From Craspedostauros australis (lineage: Eukaryota), in contig JALAGF010005545.1 in the NCBI GenBank assembly GCA_030167865.1, positions 62,001 to 111,609 of the forward strand: a stretch of 49,609 bases of DNA. The letters are read 5' to 3'. This document shows positions 35,570 to 47,320 of the stretch, one piece after another (position 1 is the stretch's first letter; each line of letters opens with the position of its first letter). Position numbers and translations under genes: made by a program. The notes beneath the pieces were generated by a model. That model saw only the letters and a list, made by a program, of their open reading frames with translations. It ran no database searches and was not told where the DNA came from.

Positions 35570-36454
35570 TCAGTTTGCACCAAAAAAGTTGGGCAAGGAG
35601 AACTGCGGGAAGGCGGGCTTCTTCTCGGCCTGTTCGTTGGCGATGTTCCACACCTGCTCAATGTCAGGATGATCGCCAGGAAGCTGATCGCTCCACCGGT
35701 AGACGATGTCGTTGCCGTTGACGACGAAGGTGCCTCCGAGACGCAGGACGCCGACGGGAACATCTCCAAACTTCATGTCCTTGGGGATGGGCGAGACTTT
35801 GGAAACGGAGGTGAGGTAGTTCCACCAACCCTTGGCACCGAGATCCGGTGCCGTCATGCGCTTCGTTGCCGCTTTCATTACCTCCGAGTCCTGCTCGTCG
35901 ATGCGCGAGAATCCGGCGGCCTCGTAGGCGTCAAAGTCATAGCCGTCGACAAAGACGGAATCCCTTGGGATATCCGGGTTTTTCTCCAGGAAGACCGAGA
36001 GCTTGTCGGCGTCTCCGATGGAAATGAAGATGGGCCCCGCGACAGAATCCTGCGGGTTGGCGCGCTGGAGCTCACACCAAGAGTTGGCGTAAGTCCAGCA
36101 GTAGGGTCATCCGAGATGCCTCAGGAGGACGACGACGGAAGCGCCCTTGCCCATGAGGTCACCGAGGGACACCTTGTTGCCATCTACGCCCGTGAGTTGG
36201 ACGGAGCGAAGGCCAGCCGCCGTCACGCCCTCTGGAATCACATCCGTCGGCATATCGCATGGTGTGCTGGTTGCGGTGGAAGGAAGAGCCGAAACGGACA
36301 TGGATGTGGCAATGAATGCAATCGAAGTTGGTGTTGCCATCTGAGAATTTCTCGAGGTGGTCAGCGATGCTGGCTGGAAGGCCGATACGCCAGCGACACC
36401 AGCGGCGACTGTCGCCAGACCCAGTAGGGCGACGCTCTTATTGTTGAACATCAT
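35570..36454 (-). CDS. Plastid-targeted AhpC/TSA (peroxiredoxin-like 2, SelU/SelL-related) selenoprotein; Sec116 from TGA at 36109-36107
   Basis: Reading through TGA gives one 294-aa frame: VSAF presequence, VVVLLRHLG-U-PYC, FISIG, LGGTFVVNGNDIVYRWSDQLPGDHP; SECIS-like element in the 3'UTR. Confidence 0.88.
36063..36100 (-). promoter_or_regulatory. SRE-like hairpin just 3' of the Sec codon
   Basis: GCUGGA-CUUACGCCAA-CUC-UUGGUGUGAG-C-UCCAGC: 16 bp plus a closing U-G, starting 6-7 nt after the UGA. Confidence 0.65.
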
Positions 36455-37077
36455 TGTCGATGTTATCTGTGAGTTGTGATCCTTATCAATGTTGTGGGTT
36501 GCACCAATTGCGTTGGTTGCAACGACAACAACAGCAACAGCAACAACGACATCATCATCATCATGTTGCGCTGTTTCTCGTATTGTTCTCGTGTTCCGTC
36601 ACGTTTCGCGATTTCGCGTCGGAATTGTGTGAGTCAGTATTCGTGTTTTGTCATTCCCACAAACGTCAGTCACGAAACAAACGAATCGTGAACACAGAAC
36701 CAATTGATTACTACGAGTCCAGTACACTATCGACTCATGCGAATGATTTGGCCCGCAATCAATGTTCTTGTTTGGCGCGCTGATTTGTGCTGATGGGCAT
36801 TGATGCGATGACCAACCACGAAATCGAAGGAGACAAAGGAGAAACAAAACAAACGACCGAACCGGCCAACACAGATCAACAGAACAAACCAAGGACACAA
36901 TCAAATCCGTCGATCTTGTCGCCTCGCCCGTGCGGGTCCTCTCGTCGTCTCATCGTCTCATCGTCTGATCAGCTGCCAACACAGACACCATCGCAATCAC
37001 GGCGTGCACAATATTCGTATCAACACTGTGGCATCAAGCAAAGGGCGACAGGGAAAGCGAGAGAGTGATCGTCGAAG

Positions 37078-40029
37078 ATGCTGTCAGATTCCGAAGACGA
37101 TGTGCCGCTGGAGGCTTTATCATCAAGGAAGAAGAGACGTTCCTCCTCATCAAAGGCGACCAAGATCAGGGCTCCCAAGCTGCCGGAAGAGGTGGTTTCC
37201 GCAGTCTCGCCGGGCACGAAACGCAAGCGCGATCGCGATGTCGACACTGGCTCTGCGAAGAAGTCAAAGGTCAAGGTGGAGGAGAGCGCCACGAATGGCA
37301 ATGGCAGGAAGAAGGGCCTCAAGGAGCTGGACAAGGCGGAGCGGCTGCAATTCGCCATGCAGGCCTTCTTGTGGTGGAACGCGCAGAATCCCCCGGAGGG
37401 TCATCAATGGGTCACGATGGAACACAGCGGCGTCGCCTTTCCGGAACCCTACCAACCGCATGGTGTCAAGATGATCTACGATGGCGACGAAGTGGAGCTC
37501 ACGCCTGTGCAAGAGGAAGCGTAAGTCCGGCCATCTCATCCGTTCTTTTCTGCATCATGCAGATCAGACAGAATGCAATGTGAAGGAGGCTTTGGTCGCA
37601 GAACACAGCCGCGTTTGGTAGAAGACATGGAACTCACGGTGTTTCACCATTTCCGTGTCTCATTCATACGAATATGTCTCGTGCAAGACCTTGTGCCTGA
37701 CTTCCACCATCAATCTAAATGCCCTTTCTTCTCTTCGTTTCATTGTTTGGGTTTCGTTCCACCTTCTTCCCTCGTCACTCCTGCGACCACAGCGCCACAT
37801 TCTTCGCCGCGACCGATCCGGACGGAATGCATCTAGGCAACCCCAAGACGGCCAAGATCTTCATCAAGAACTTCTTCGCCGACTTCAAGACGGTGCTGGG
37901 TCGCAAACACAATATCAAGGATTTCAAAAAGTGCGACTTCGAACCAATCCGCAACCACCTCAAGGAACAGAAGATCATCAAGAAGGCGATCAGCGACAAG
38001 GAACGCAAGGCGAACAAGGAAGATCGCAACCAGGCCGTCATGAAGTTTGGATTTGCGATCGTCGATGGTCATTTGGAGAAGGTTGGCAACTACAACATGG
38101 TACGTGCATGCAGACACACTTGCTAATTTGGTTGCTGTGTCCGTGCATGGCAGAAACACAAAATGATTGAGTGACATGTTGTTGCTCTTATCCGCGGGTG
38201 TACGAGTACTCATCTATGCCATCAACGTCATTGCACCGCCGCATCAACACGTGCGATTATCAATTGCGCATGCACCGCCATGTTGTACAGGAACCGCCTG
38301 GTACTTTCCGTGGACGTGGAGCGCATCCAAAGATGGGAAAGCTCAAAGCGCGGGTGTTGCCGGAGCAAGTGTCCTTGAACTTGTCCGAGAACGCGGCGGT
38401 TCCAATCTGTCACGTGCCTGGTCACTGCTGGAGCGACGTGCGTCACGACCCTCGCAGCCAGTGGCTGGCAACATGGAAGGAGAACATCAACAACCAGTCC
38501 AAGTACATGCAGCTCGCTGCGCAGTCATCGTTCAAGGGCAAGTCCGACAGATCCAAGTACAACAAGGCGGCGCGTCTGTGCGAAAAGATCGTGGCAATCC
38601 GCAAGGCCTACAAGCGGGCCCTCAAATCCAAAGACGACGAGACCAAGCAGCTTGCAACCGCAACCTGGGTCATCGATCGCCTCGCTCTGCGTGTGGGTGG
38701 AGAGAAGGATACGGACGAGGAGGCCGACACGGTTGGCTGCTGTTCGCTGCGTGTGGAGCATTTTCACTTCGACCCCAACAGCGAGGGCGGCGACAACAAG
38801 GAGATCGAACTGGAGTTCCTTGGTAAGGATTCCATGCTCTTCAAGCAGACCATCAACTTTGGCTCTGACCTGTACAACGAGAACAATGGAATGGGCATCC
38901 AGGTGTTCAAGAACTTGCAGAAACTTTGCTCCAAGAAGTCCAAGTCAGAACAAGTCTTCGACGCCATCAACCCCTCCATGCTGAATAATCATTTGAAGCA
39001 GTTCATGGAGGGATTGTCGGCCAAGGTCTTTCGTACGTACAACGCATCGAAGACACTGCAGGACGAGCTGCGGAAGAAGGAGGAAACAGGCAGCTGGAAC
39101 AACCTCACAGCGGCTCAGAAGGTGGTCGAATACAACAACGCAAATCGCGAAGTCGCCATCCTGTGTAACCATCAGCGTACGGTGAGCAAGGCGCAGGAGA
39201 CCCAGCTGGAATCGCTGGGGACGAAGCTCACCACCTTGTCGAACCAACGCAAGGAGCTGAAGCGATTCCTGAAGCTTCTGAATGCCGGCAAGTCCGAGAA
39301 GATCCGATTGAAGAAGGACGAGAAAAAGCTGGCCGAAGCCGTCGCCAAGGCGCTGGAGAAAGCGAAGAAGATGAAGGACAAGGCCAAGACCAACGAGGAG
39401 AAGATCAAGGCGACCGAATTCGACGAGAAGGCGAAACTCAAACGCAAGGAGCTGACGGAGCTCAAGTTCAGCCAGGCGCATCTCTGGGAGAAGACACCCA
39501 CATCAGACCAGGTGATTCGCAAGCTCGAGAATTGGAAGAAGAAGATAACGAAGTCGGAGCTTGACCTCAAGCACAAGGATGACAACAAGGAGGTGGCGTT
39601 GGGAACCTCGAAGGTGAGTTGAGCGTGAAATGGCATGACTTGATTTGATTTGATAACTTCGATGTTTGTGTGATGTTTGCAACTTGGTGTGGCCGTGGTG
39701 GATTGGACATGTCTTCTTGTGGCGGAGTGCAATGCAACGCAGCATGATCTGTCTTGCTTTACTCGGCAGTCCAACTGTACTTGAATGGCCGTCCGCAATC
39801 ATTACATCTCACACAACCAGCTTCACTCAACACTTCCACAATTGTGACCTGTCATCGACAATCCGGACGACAGATCAATTACATGGACCCTCGGATATCT
39901 GTCGCTTGGTGTAAGCGCAACGAAGTGCCAATCGAGAAAGTGTTTTCGAAGACCTTACGGGATAAGTTCAATTGGGCCATGGCCGTCGAGCCAGACTGGG
40001 AATTCAATGCCAAGATCGCCAACGAATAG
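37078..40029 (+). CDS. TOP1: DNA topoisomerase I (type IB); exons 37078-37520, 37793-38099, 38291-39613, 39874-40029
   Basis: [49 protein letters not shown], catalytic SK|INYMDPR; all introns GT-AG and in frame. Confidence 0.96.
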
Positions 40030-40423
40030 AGCGGTGATCATGATCGGCTTTGCACGAACGTACACACTTGTAGAATACGAGGAAGTTATAGAGTCGAATG
40101 AAAGTTGAGTTGTGTAGAGTAGAGTAGGGTGGAAGAAGACTGAAGGTCGTGTACCAGCAGCGGTACGAGCCATTCATTGCAGAGTGCTCGTGGTGCCGTC
40201 GTGCTGTCGTCGCTCATGCCGAGTGATTTTCTTCATGTCGATCTTTCCCCATTTCAAGTCCAACCCAACCAACCAACAAAGAGATTCATCCAACGAAGAT
40301 CACAGAAATGATGTGTGTTGGAACTCGCACCCCATCATTAAATCACGAATGCCAATGCCACCGACGACGACGACGACGACGATGAAGGCAGCACGAAGAC
40401 GCAAGCAACAGCACATCAAGAGG

Positions 40424-42122
40424 ATGCTGCGAATTGCCACGATCACAACCGTCTGCACATTGGTGACCTCATCAACAGCATTGTTGTCGTCATCGTCGTT
40501 ATCAACTCGCATTCGCGCTCACATTCACGTTCACACTGGCAACAGTGGCGACAATGATTCGTTGTCATGCCATCGCGCACAGCACAAGAACATTCGAAAC
40601 GTTGCATTGGGCTACTTACGAAGATCAGCATCAGTATCGTTTTCGTTTTCGTCGTCATTACCATTATCATCATTCAAGTCAAGGACATCATCGTCCGCGG
40701 CATCACAGCAACGAATGACATCAACTCGTCTCAATCACTCGCCTGAACACGAAGTCGATACCATCGCGCGCTACGAGCATGATGTCACCACAGTCCTCAG
40801 AGACCTGCGCCCATGGCGGTACGATCCCACCATCCCGTCCTGGTTCCGCATGAGCCAACTGAGCTTCACGAATTATTGGGGATTGAAGGATTGGGATGCC
40901 TACACCAGCCGACGTCGATTCCTGCGCTTCTCCTTTGGCATTCCGCGATCGCGTCTGCTGCGACGCATCTTGCCTCAGCTTTCGGTGCTGGTGCTGTGGT
41001 CCGCGCTCTGCATCGCGCTCGACGCTCGGGCCAAGGTGTTTCGAATTCAATTTCCATTGACGTCGCTGTCGTTGGTGAGCACATTCGTTGCGGGCCTGCA
41101 AACGTTGCGAACAAATCAGGGGCTGGATCGGCTGTCGAATGCAAGGACCTCCATGGGATGCATGGTGCACACGACGAGGGACACAGGTAAGCTGCGGCGG
41201 AGTTGCGCTCTTCTAGAATAGTTCATCTGCTATGTGGTGCAACCTGAACAGCGTTGCTACTCGATCGTTCTCATCTCACTTGATTCTCAATCTACTGCGC
41301 TACACGGTTTCGACAACAGCGTCCTTGGTTTCGGCATACATCTCTCCATGGAACGAGGTGCTGGGTTTGCGGATCGCGCGGCATTTGGCGCTGTTTGGAT
41401 GGGTCTTCAAATCTCACATCCGTGACACGCAAAGCAAGGATATAGTGCGCACTTTGTTGAATGAAGCCGATGCCGAATACATCCTGAGCGAACGCAAGAC
41501 GCCCGTGGCGGTCCTCGGCAGGCTGCGACAGTTCGTCGCGTATGCACAGAAACAGCTTCCCATCGGCACCACGGAGCATCGACTGCTTGAGAACAACCTG
41601 CAGAAACTGGATCAGATCGTCACGACGGCCGAGCGTATACGGGCGACACCCATCCCTCCAGTGTACGCAGGGCACGCCACGCGTCTCATGATGATCTACC
41701 TGATCTTGCTGCCACCGGCGTTGCTGGGATCCAACCTGGATGCGCCATCGACATTCGTTACCGTGCTGATGATCGGCGTGGCGTTGCTAGGCCTCGACGA
41801 GATGTCGCACATGTTCGAGCAACCGTATCGGTTCATGCCGCTCTACCAGCTTTCCAAGGTGAGCATGCTGGATGTCGCCGATCGATTCTGCCGTCCTTTG
41901 CCGAAGTTGCCAGAAACGATCAACGAAACGCTGCACCCAATGGATTCTGGCAGTGATGATGCAAAGGGCGCCGGTGAACCGACTCGCAAGCCAACGTACT
42001 GGCTCGTCTCAGAGCAAGACCCATCGTTGCCGTACAGTGGCAAATACTTGTGGGCCTCGGATAAACACAATGCCAGCGATGGGCCTCCTAAATCGGTCGA
42101 TGAAGGGAATGGGATGCAGTGA
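40424..42122 (+). CDS. Bestrophin-like (UPF0187) anion channel, possibly plastid/thylakoid; intron 41187-41319
   Basis: LQTLRTNQGLDR, ERIRATPIPPVYAGHATR, LGLDEMSHMFEQPY; hydrophobic then Ser-rich leader; start uncertain (40348-40424). Confidence 0.85.
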
Positions 42123-42582
42123 TTTGATCAGCGACTCTACCGAGTATTGTTGGAAGCATGGAGACAACCATGACTCTGGGGTTGGCTTTGATTGTGCTAC
42201 ACTCTATGCAGGAGTAGGTAGGCGTTCAAGATTCAAGCTCTCTGTAAATTGCGAAGAGCGAAAGTGTGCCTAAACTGTCTCGATCGTGTTGGCTTGAGTC
42301 CAATTTTGGGGCACGAATTGACAGACTGTGTTTAGAAGAGAGGTACCATTCGAACAACCAAACAACAAACACAATTCAACACAAAGCAAGACGACACACA
42401 AGAGCCACAGAGAGCACCATCGGTCGTACCAGTAGTCGTACCCACCCATTGTTGCACATCAGATCCAAACCAGAGCAAAGCAACACAGCCACGCCCGTCA
42501 ACGCCAAAGTTGAGACAAGAACAACAGCAACGGTAGAGAAGAGACATTATAGATTGAGAAGAAGCAACGATCAAACGCAACC

Positions 42583-43434
42583 ATGGTCGAGGGAATTGGA
42601 GCATCCGCAGTGGCATCCGTGGAGAATGCCGCAGAGCGTCAATTCGGCGCTGAATTCGAGGACATCCACATCTTATCCAACGCTCAAGTGGCCTTGATTC
42701 TGCAGGTCAGCGCACGCTCTGCGGTGGACCGCGATGAAGAGCTCAACGAGGTGTACCGCAAGACGCAGAAATACGTGGAACGATTCAACACCATGACGAA
42801 TCCGGAGAAGGATCATCAGGAGCTCGTCGATGAGTTGGATAACTTGCAAGAGTGAGTTCGACTGGACGCCCCTACAGCTGAGCACGATAGAGTAGTTGGA
42901 TTGGCGCCAGAGTGCACATATGGACAGACCGGTGCATACTTGTACATTGACGAAGGCATTGATGAAGGCCCTTGAGTCAATCCATGGACGCGGAAGCGGA
43001 AACACAAGCGAAAGCATCAAGACGAAACACGGCAGAGGGAGAGTATCTATTCTTCCTTCTATTTGCATCCCGGTGCAGTGTTGGATCCAATCGTCCCAGA
43101 TCTATCTGGATTGCTCCGCTATCGTGCTAGTCCTTGCCCTCACACTATGACTTTCTCTCTCACTGCTGCCATTCCACCCTGCCATACTAAAACACCCGCT
43201 TTTTGAATCACCGAAACCATCAGCGCCTTGACCACATTCCGAAAAGAGACAGACGAGGGAGAAGACCTGGAGCTGCATGGATTCGAGGTTGCCGCACTCA
43301 TGAATTTGGTCATCACAGATACATCCGTGGAAGAGGCAGTGACGTTGATACCGTCGCTATCGAGATTACCAGAGGCAGCAATCGATGAGATTCTGGATCT
43401 GATCAAGAGCACCATGATCCGCATCGTATCGTAA
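42583..43434 (+). CDS. RPB4: RNA polymerase II subunit RPB4; exons 42583-42851 and 43224-43434
   Basis: FGAEFEDIHILSNAQV, KTQKYVERF, LHGFEVAALMNL, EEAVTLIPSL; phase-2 intron. Confidence 0.88.
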
Positions 43435-43704
43435 ACAAGGAGCTGGGCGGGAATTCAATGTCGGCATGAGATAACGCACGGTCTGATGTGACACAGCATG
43501 GTGCAGTAGGTCTGAGCATGGGGCTACCCGTACAATGGAGATTGCCCGATGCGCTGCATTGCCTTCACTCGACTCTGCTTCAGTTCGTTTTACCACACCC
43601 TTTCTGATCATATCATCCCGGCAGCATGCATAGTAGAGTAGTCTAGAGAGCACACTACTATTCCTACACCTGTGTCCAGCCGAGTAGAGGCAGAGGGATC
43701 CGGT

Positions 43705-44781
43705 TTACTGTTGCATGATCTTATCCATCAGAGCCTTGGCCTGTTCCAATTCACCCGGCGGCACGATCGCAAGGTACTTCTTCATAGCGTTGGTGGCGAT
43801 GTCGGCGAACTTGTACAGATCCTCCGTCTCCTTCTCGCCGCTCTTCATCAGGTACTCCAACTCGGCGCGCAGATTTTCAACATTCGTCAGGACATCGTTG
43901 CGCAGAAGGTATGCCAGGCTCTGCTCCGTCTTGGGGGTCGCGCCACCACCCAGGTACACGTTGGCCCGATCGGGATCGCTGTAGTAGATGTTGTCGCCGT
44001 ACGCATTGAAGGCTTTCTTGAATGGGATCTTCTCGTACTTCTTCTGCTGCATGATGGTGAGGGCGTCTGGCCATCTGCTCTCATCGCGGACAAGCTTCTT
44101 GACCTGCGTCAACTCGTAATCGATCTCCAGGATGGGCATCAGCAGCTTCGGGTACGCATCCACTTTGCCTTTGTTGCCAGCGTCTCCTGCCTCCAATTCG
44201 CCGCTGTACTTGATGTTGTCGGCCTCGGCTTGTTCCCATATCCGGATCTGGCGATTTAAGTCAAGAGGAAGGCGGTATTAGGATGCCATGTGGTTATTGA
44301 GAGTTGAGTATATTGGAGGCGAGTAGCGCAGTTGTTGTTGCTGCTGCTGCAGCGATGGTCAAGAGGGGGCCATGACCCTTCATCACATCGCATCTCATCT
44401 CGTGCATTCACTCATGCGTCCACCCATTCACTCATTGTGAAAACCCATCATGGACAAAAGCCTCCCATTCCAAACAATAAAAGACGCAAATAGACACGTA
44501 TCGCAACGCACCTGCTCGAGCATGGGATTCGTCAACGGATTCTTCTTGAACAGATCATCGCGTGCTTGCGCTGGTGTTGGATTCATTGCGATCAAACCCA
44601 AACCAACCGCCGCTTGCACGAAGGATCTGCGATCGGTGGATTCCTTCTGCATGTTCAGTGCGGATGCCGACGATGACGTGGAGATGTCCTGGTGCGCAGG
44701 CACAAAGGCATGGCATGGTACCATGCCAATCAAGGCCAAGATGACCAACGACGTGAGCGCGATGGGAGTTTTGTTCGGCAT
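43705..44781 (-). CDS. Uncharacterised thylakoid-lumen protein with tripartite presequence; exons 44781-44512 and 44247-43705
   Basis: Signal peptide + CHAF, twin-Arg DRRSFV, hydrophobic stretch, AQA cleavage; phase-0 GT-AG intron gives 270 aa. Confidence 0.8.
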
Positions 44782-45327
44782 TGTTGGTGATGGTATGTGT
44801 AGTGGTGCTGGTAAGGGATGAGATGAGTATGTGTTATTAGGGTTGCTGTCAAGGATTGACCTGCTGTGCGAGTGCTGGATGGACTCCGTTATGGTTGGAG
44901 TTGTGTCTTGTTCCAGTTGAAGGGTGTGAGTTGTGTTGTCAACTGGCTGCGAAGCCATGTGCAGTTGAGTGGAGTGAATGTTCTCTTCATCGTTGCCGTC
45001 GTCAGTCAAGTTGATGGGCCTCACTGGTGTTGAATACGAGGACACGTACGAGGACGAGCATGAATGTGCGTATCTTTTGACGTTTTGCTGGATGAGGTGG
45101 TGCGGATTATCTCTTGTCATGAATGAGTCACCATCGGATGCTGTTTTCCGCTCCGGATGCGAGGCCCACAGTGATGGCACGTACTCGGCTCCACCTCTCT
45201 CGTCGAATTCATCATCCGAAGAGACCTGCACGCCTTCGCAATACGAGTACGGTAAGACATGACAAGCAAAGAAGCATGGCCGATGTGTTTGTGTCGAGTA
45301 ATTTGTTTTCTAAGCCAAAGCAGACGT

Positions 45328-46810
45328 TTAGTTTTGCTTGGAGGCCAAAGGTCCAAGGAACTTTGCCTTCTCCTCTGCTGTCTGGAAGCGTCCGTGTCCG
45401 AACTTGGAGCTGGTGTCGATGAACTTGATGTCGATCTTCTCCAGCTGCTTTCGCGTGGTGTGCTTCATCATGGACTTTCGCAGGACGAGTGGGCGCTTCT
45501 TGACTCCGACGACGGCACCCTTGAGCATGAGCCAGTCGTTGGTGACCTCTCCGTAGTGCACGAATCCTCCCATTGGGGTGATGCTCTTCTCGGTCAGGTC
45601 GGCCTCGGTCTGGCAACTGGCCTTGTCGTCCTTCTTTCCGATGCGGTACACCTTCTTGTTGAGCTCGGTACGGTGGAAGTAACCGTTCTGACCGGCACGT
45701 GCCACGGTGGTAGACACACGGGCTGGATGCCACGATCCGATACAGGCGACCTTACGCAGACCACGGTGGGTCTTGCGTGGGAGACGAGTGACACCCCAAC
45801 GGGTGGTCACGCCCTCGTATCCGTGTCCCTTTGTGACTCCGAGAACATCGATGTTCTCGTCCTTGGCAAACACACTGTCGACGGTGACCTCCTTCTCGAA
45901 GAGGGACTTGGCGAAGTCGACCTTGGCGGCGGCATCTCCTCCGTTGACCTGGATCTCCATGATGTGGGCCTTCTTGATGCGGAGATTGAGCTTCTTCACC
46001 TGGGTGTGGGCGATGACACGGACGATGGTGCAGAACTTCTTAATGCGCTCCAGCTCGGCCTCGATGTCCTTGGCGCCATCCTCGTACTTCTTGGCGTACT
46101 TGGTGTACGCCTTTTTCTTGCTGTGGTACCAGTTCTTGTAGCATCTGCGCTTGAACTCCTCGCTCAAATGCTCCGCGAAGACGGTGGTGAGCGTGCGGAG
46201 ACCAGTTGGTGTCTCGACGTATCCGACAACTCCGACAACGACCATCGGTGGCGTCTCAATGATGGAGACAGCATCGACGACCTCGCGCTTGTGCATGAGG
46301 GCACCTGGACGGTCGACGCCACGGACGATGTGGGTCATACCGGCCTTGTATCCGCGGAAGGCGGTCAGGTGTGGAGCGGCGGTGGCATCATCCTTGGGGA
46401 AGGAGCGGATGCGACCGGTGTGGCTCTTGGTACGCTTCTTTGGGAGGAATCCAAGGGATCCCTTGCGTGGTGCCTCGAACTTTCTGTGCGACCTGTGATT
46501 TCACAAGAGATGTACCAAAGCAGAGCAGAGTACGGTGTGAGATTTCATGTCTTGGCACTGTTGTTGTTACTGCTGTTGTTACTGCTGTTGTTACTGCTGT
46601 TGTTACTGCTGTTCTTGCTCATGAAAGGACACACGCAGCGTATTTTTCACAGGTATCGGCTTCACATCTGACCTCAGCCACAACAACGATTGCTGTCATC
46701 ATCATGTTGGTGTTGGGTCGACATCTCCATTGGCTGGAGAGGTAACGCAACGACTACTACGCCACGTGCGTGCGGCACACAACCGCACTTCCGCCATGGT
46801 CGACTCACAT
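45328..46810 (-). CDS. RPL3: 60S ribosomal protein L3; start codon split AT|G by intron 46808-46493
   Basis: Spliced [21 protein letters not shown]..; [18 protein letters not shown]; 388 aa in frame. Confidence 0.96.
46557..46613. repeat. 12-bp tandem repeat (ACTGCTGTTGTT) x ~4.5 in the RPL3 intron
   Basis: Visible tandem units. Confidence 0.85.
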
Positions 46811-47320
46811 CTTGAACTTGCTGTTGTCCTGGTGCGGATTTTGGCTATTTGGCGCGGGTTGGCTTGCCTGTCGATTGCTTTGTTGCTTGGACGGCGTTCG
46901 TGCTGGTCAGACGGGTGCAGACTCTCGTTGGCTGGAGGGACTTCGAGATGTCTTCGTTTTCATCACCTTCATCGTCTTCGTGCTTTTGTTGGTTGCCGCA
47001 GATTTCTTAGTATGTGAGGTACGGATGGTAATCGATTCAACGGACTAAACGTGTGACTCATGTGACTGCATGTCACGTTTTCGAATTTCGTCTGATTTTC
47101 TGATTTCGACAGAATCTCCGCAAAATCGGAACCGTTGTTTGATGGCTGACTTCGGCGCCTCATTTTCATCTCTCTGTTCGACGTGCACACTCCACGAGCT
47201 TCGTACTCGAACAGACACAAGTAGCCTCCCTCCACCAGTCTCACACAACAGAGAGAGGCAACCGATCAGCGAAGCAATACGACTACTCACAAGAGAGTAC
47301 CTCATCGAAGCAGTATCACG

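Noticed and set aside
36107..36109. TGA as a pseudogene nonsense mutation
   Set aside because: It falls exactly on the catalytic Cys position, the rest of the frame is intact, and two recoding-type RNA structures accompany it.
35534..36427. 297-aa plus-strand ORF
   Set aside because: Antisense shadow of the selenoprotein frame, with no motifs of its own.
45259..46671. 470-aa plus-strand ORF
   Set aside because: Antisense shadow of RPL3 caused by codon bias; the poly-Leu comes from the intron repeat.
46670..46706. ATGATGA..CTGA in the RPL3 intron as a snoRNA
   Set aside because: Boxes are only ~20-25 nt apart and there is no downstream D box.
46905..46967. Possible C/D-box snoRNA on the minus strand upstream of RPL3 (GTGATGA..CTGA)
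   Set aside because: Only a 2-bp terminal stem, no clear C'/D' boxes, and rRNA complementarity could not be verified.
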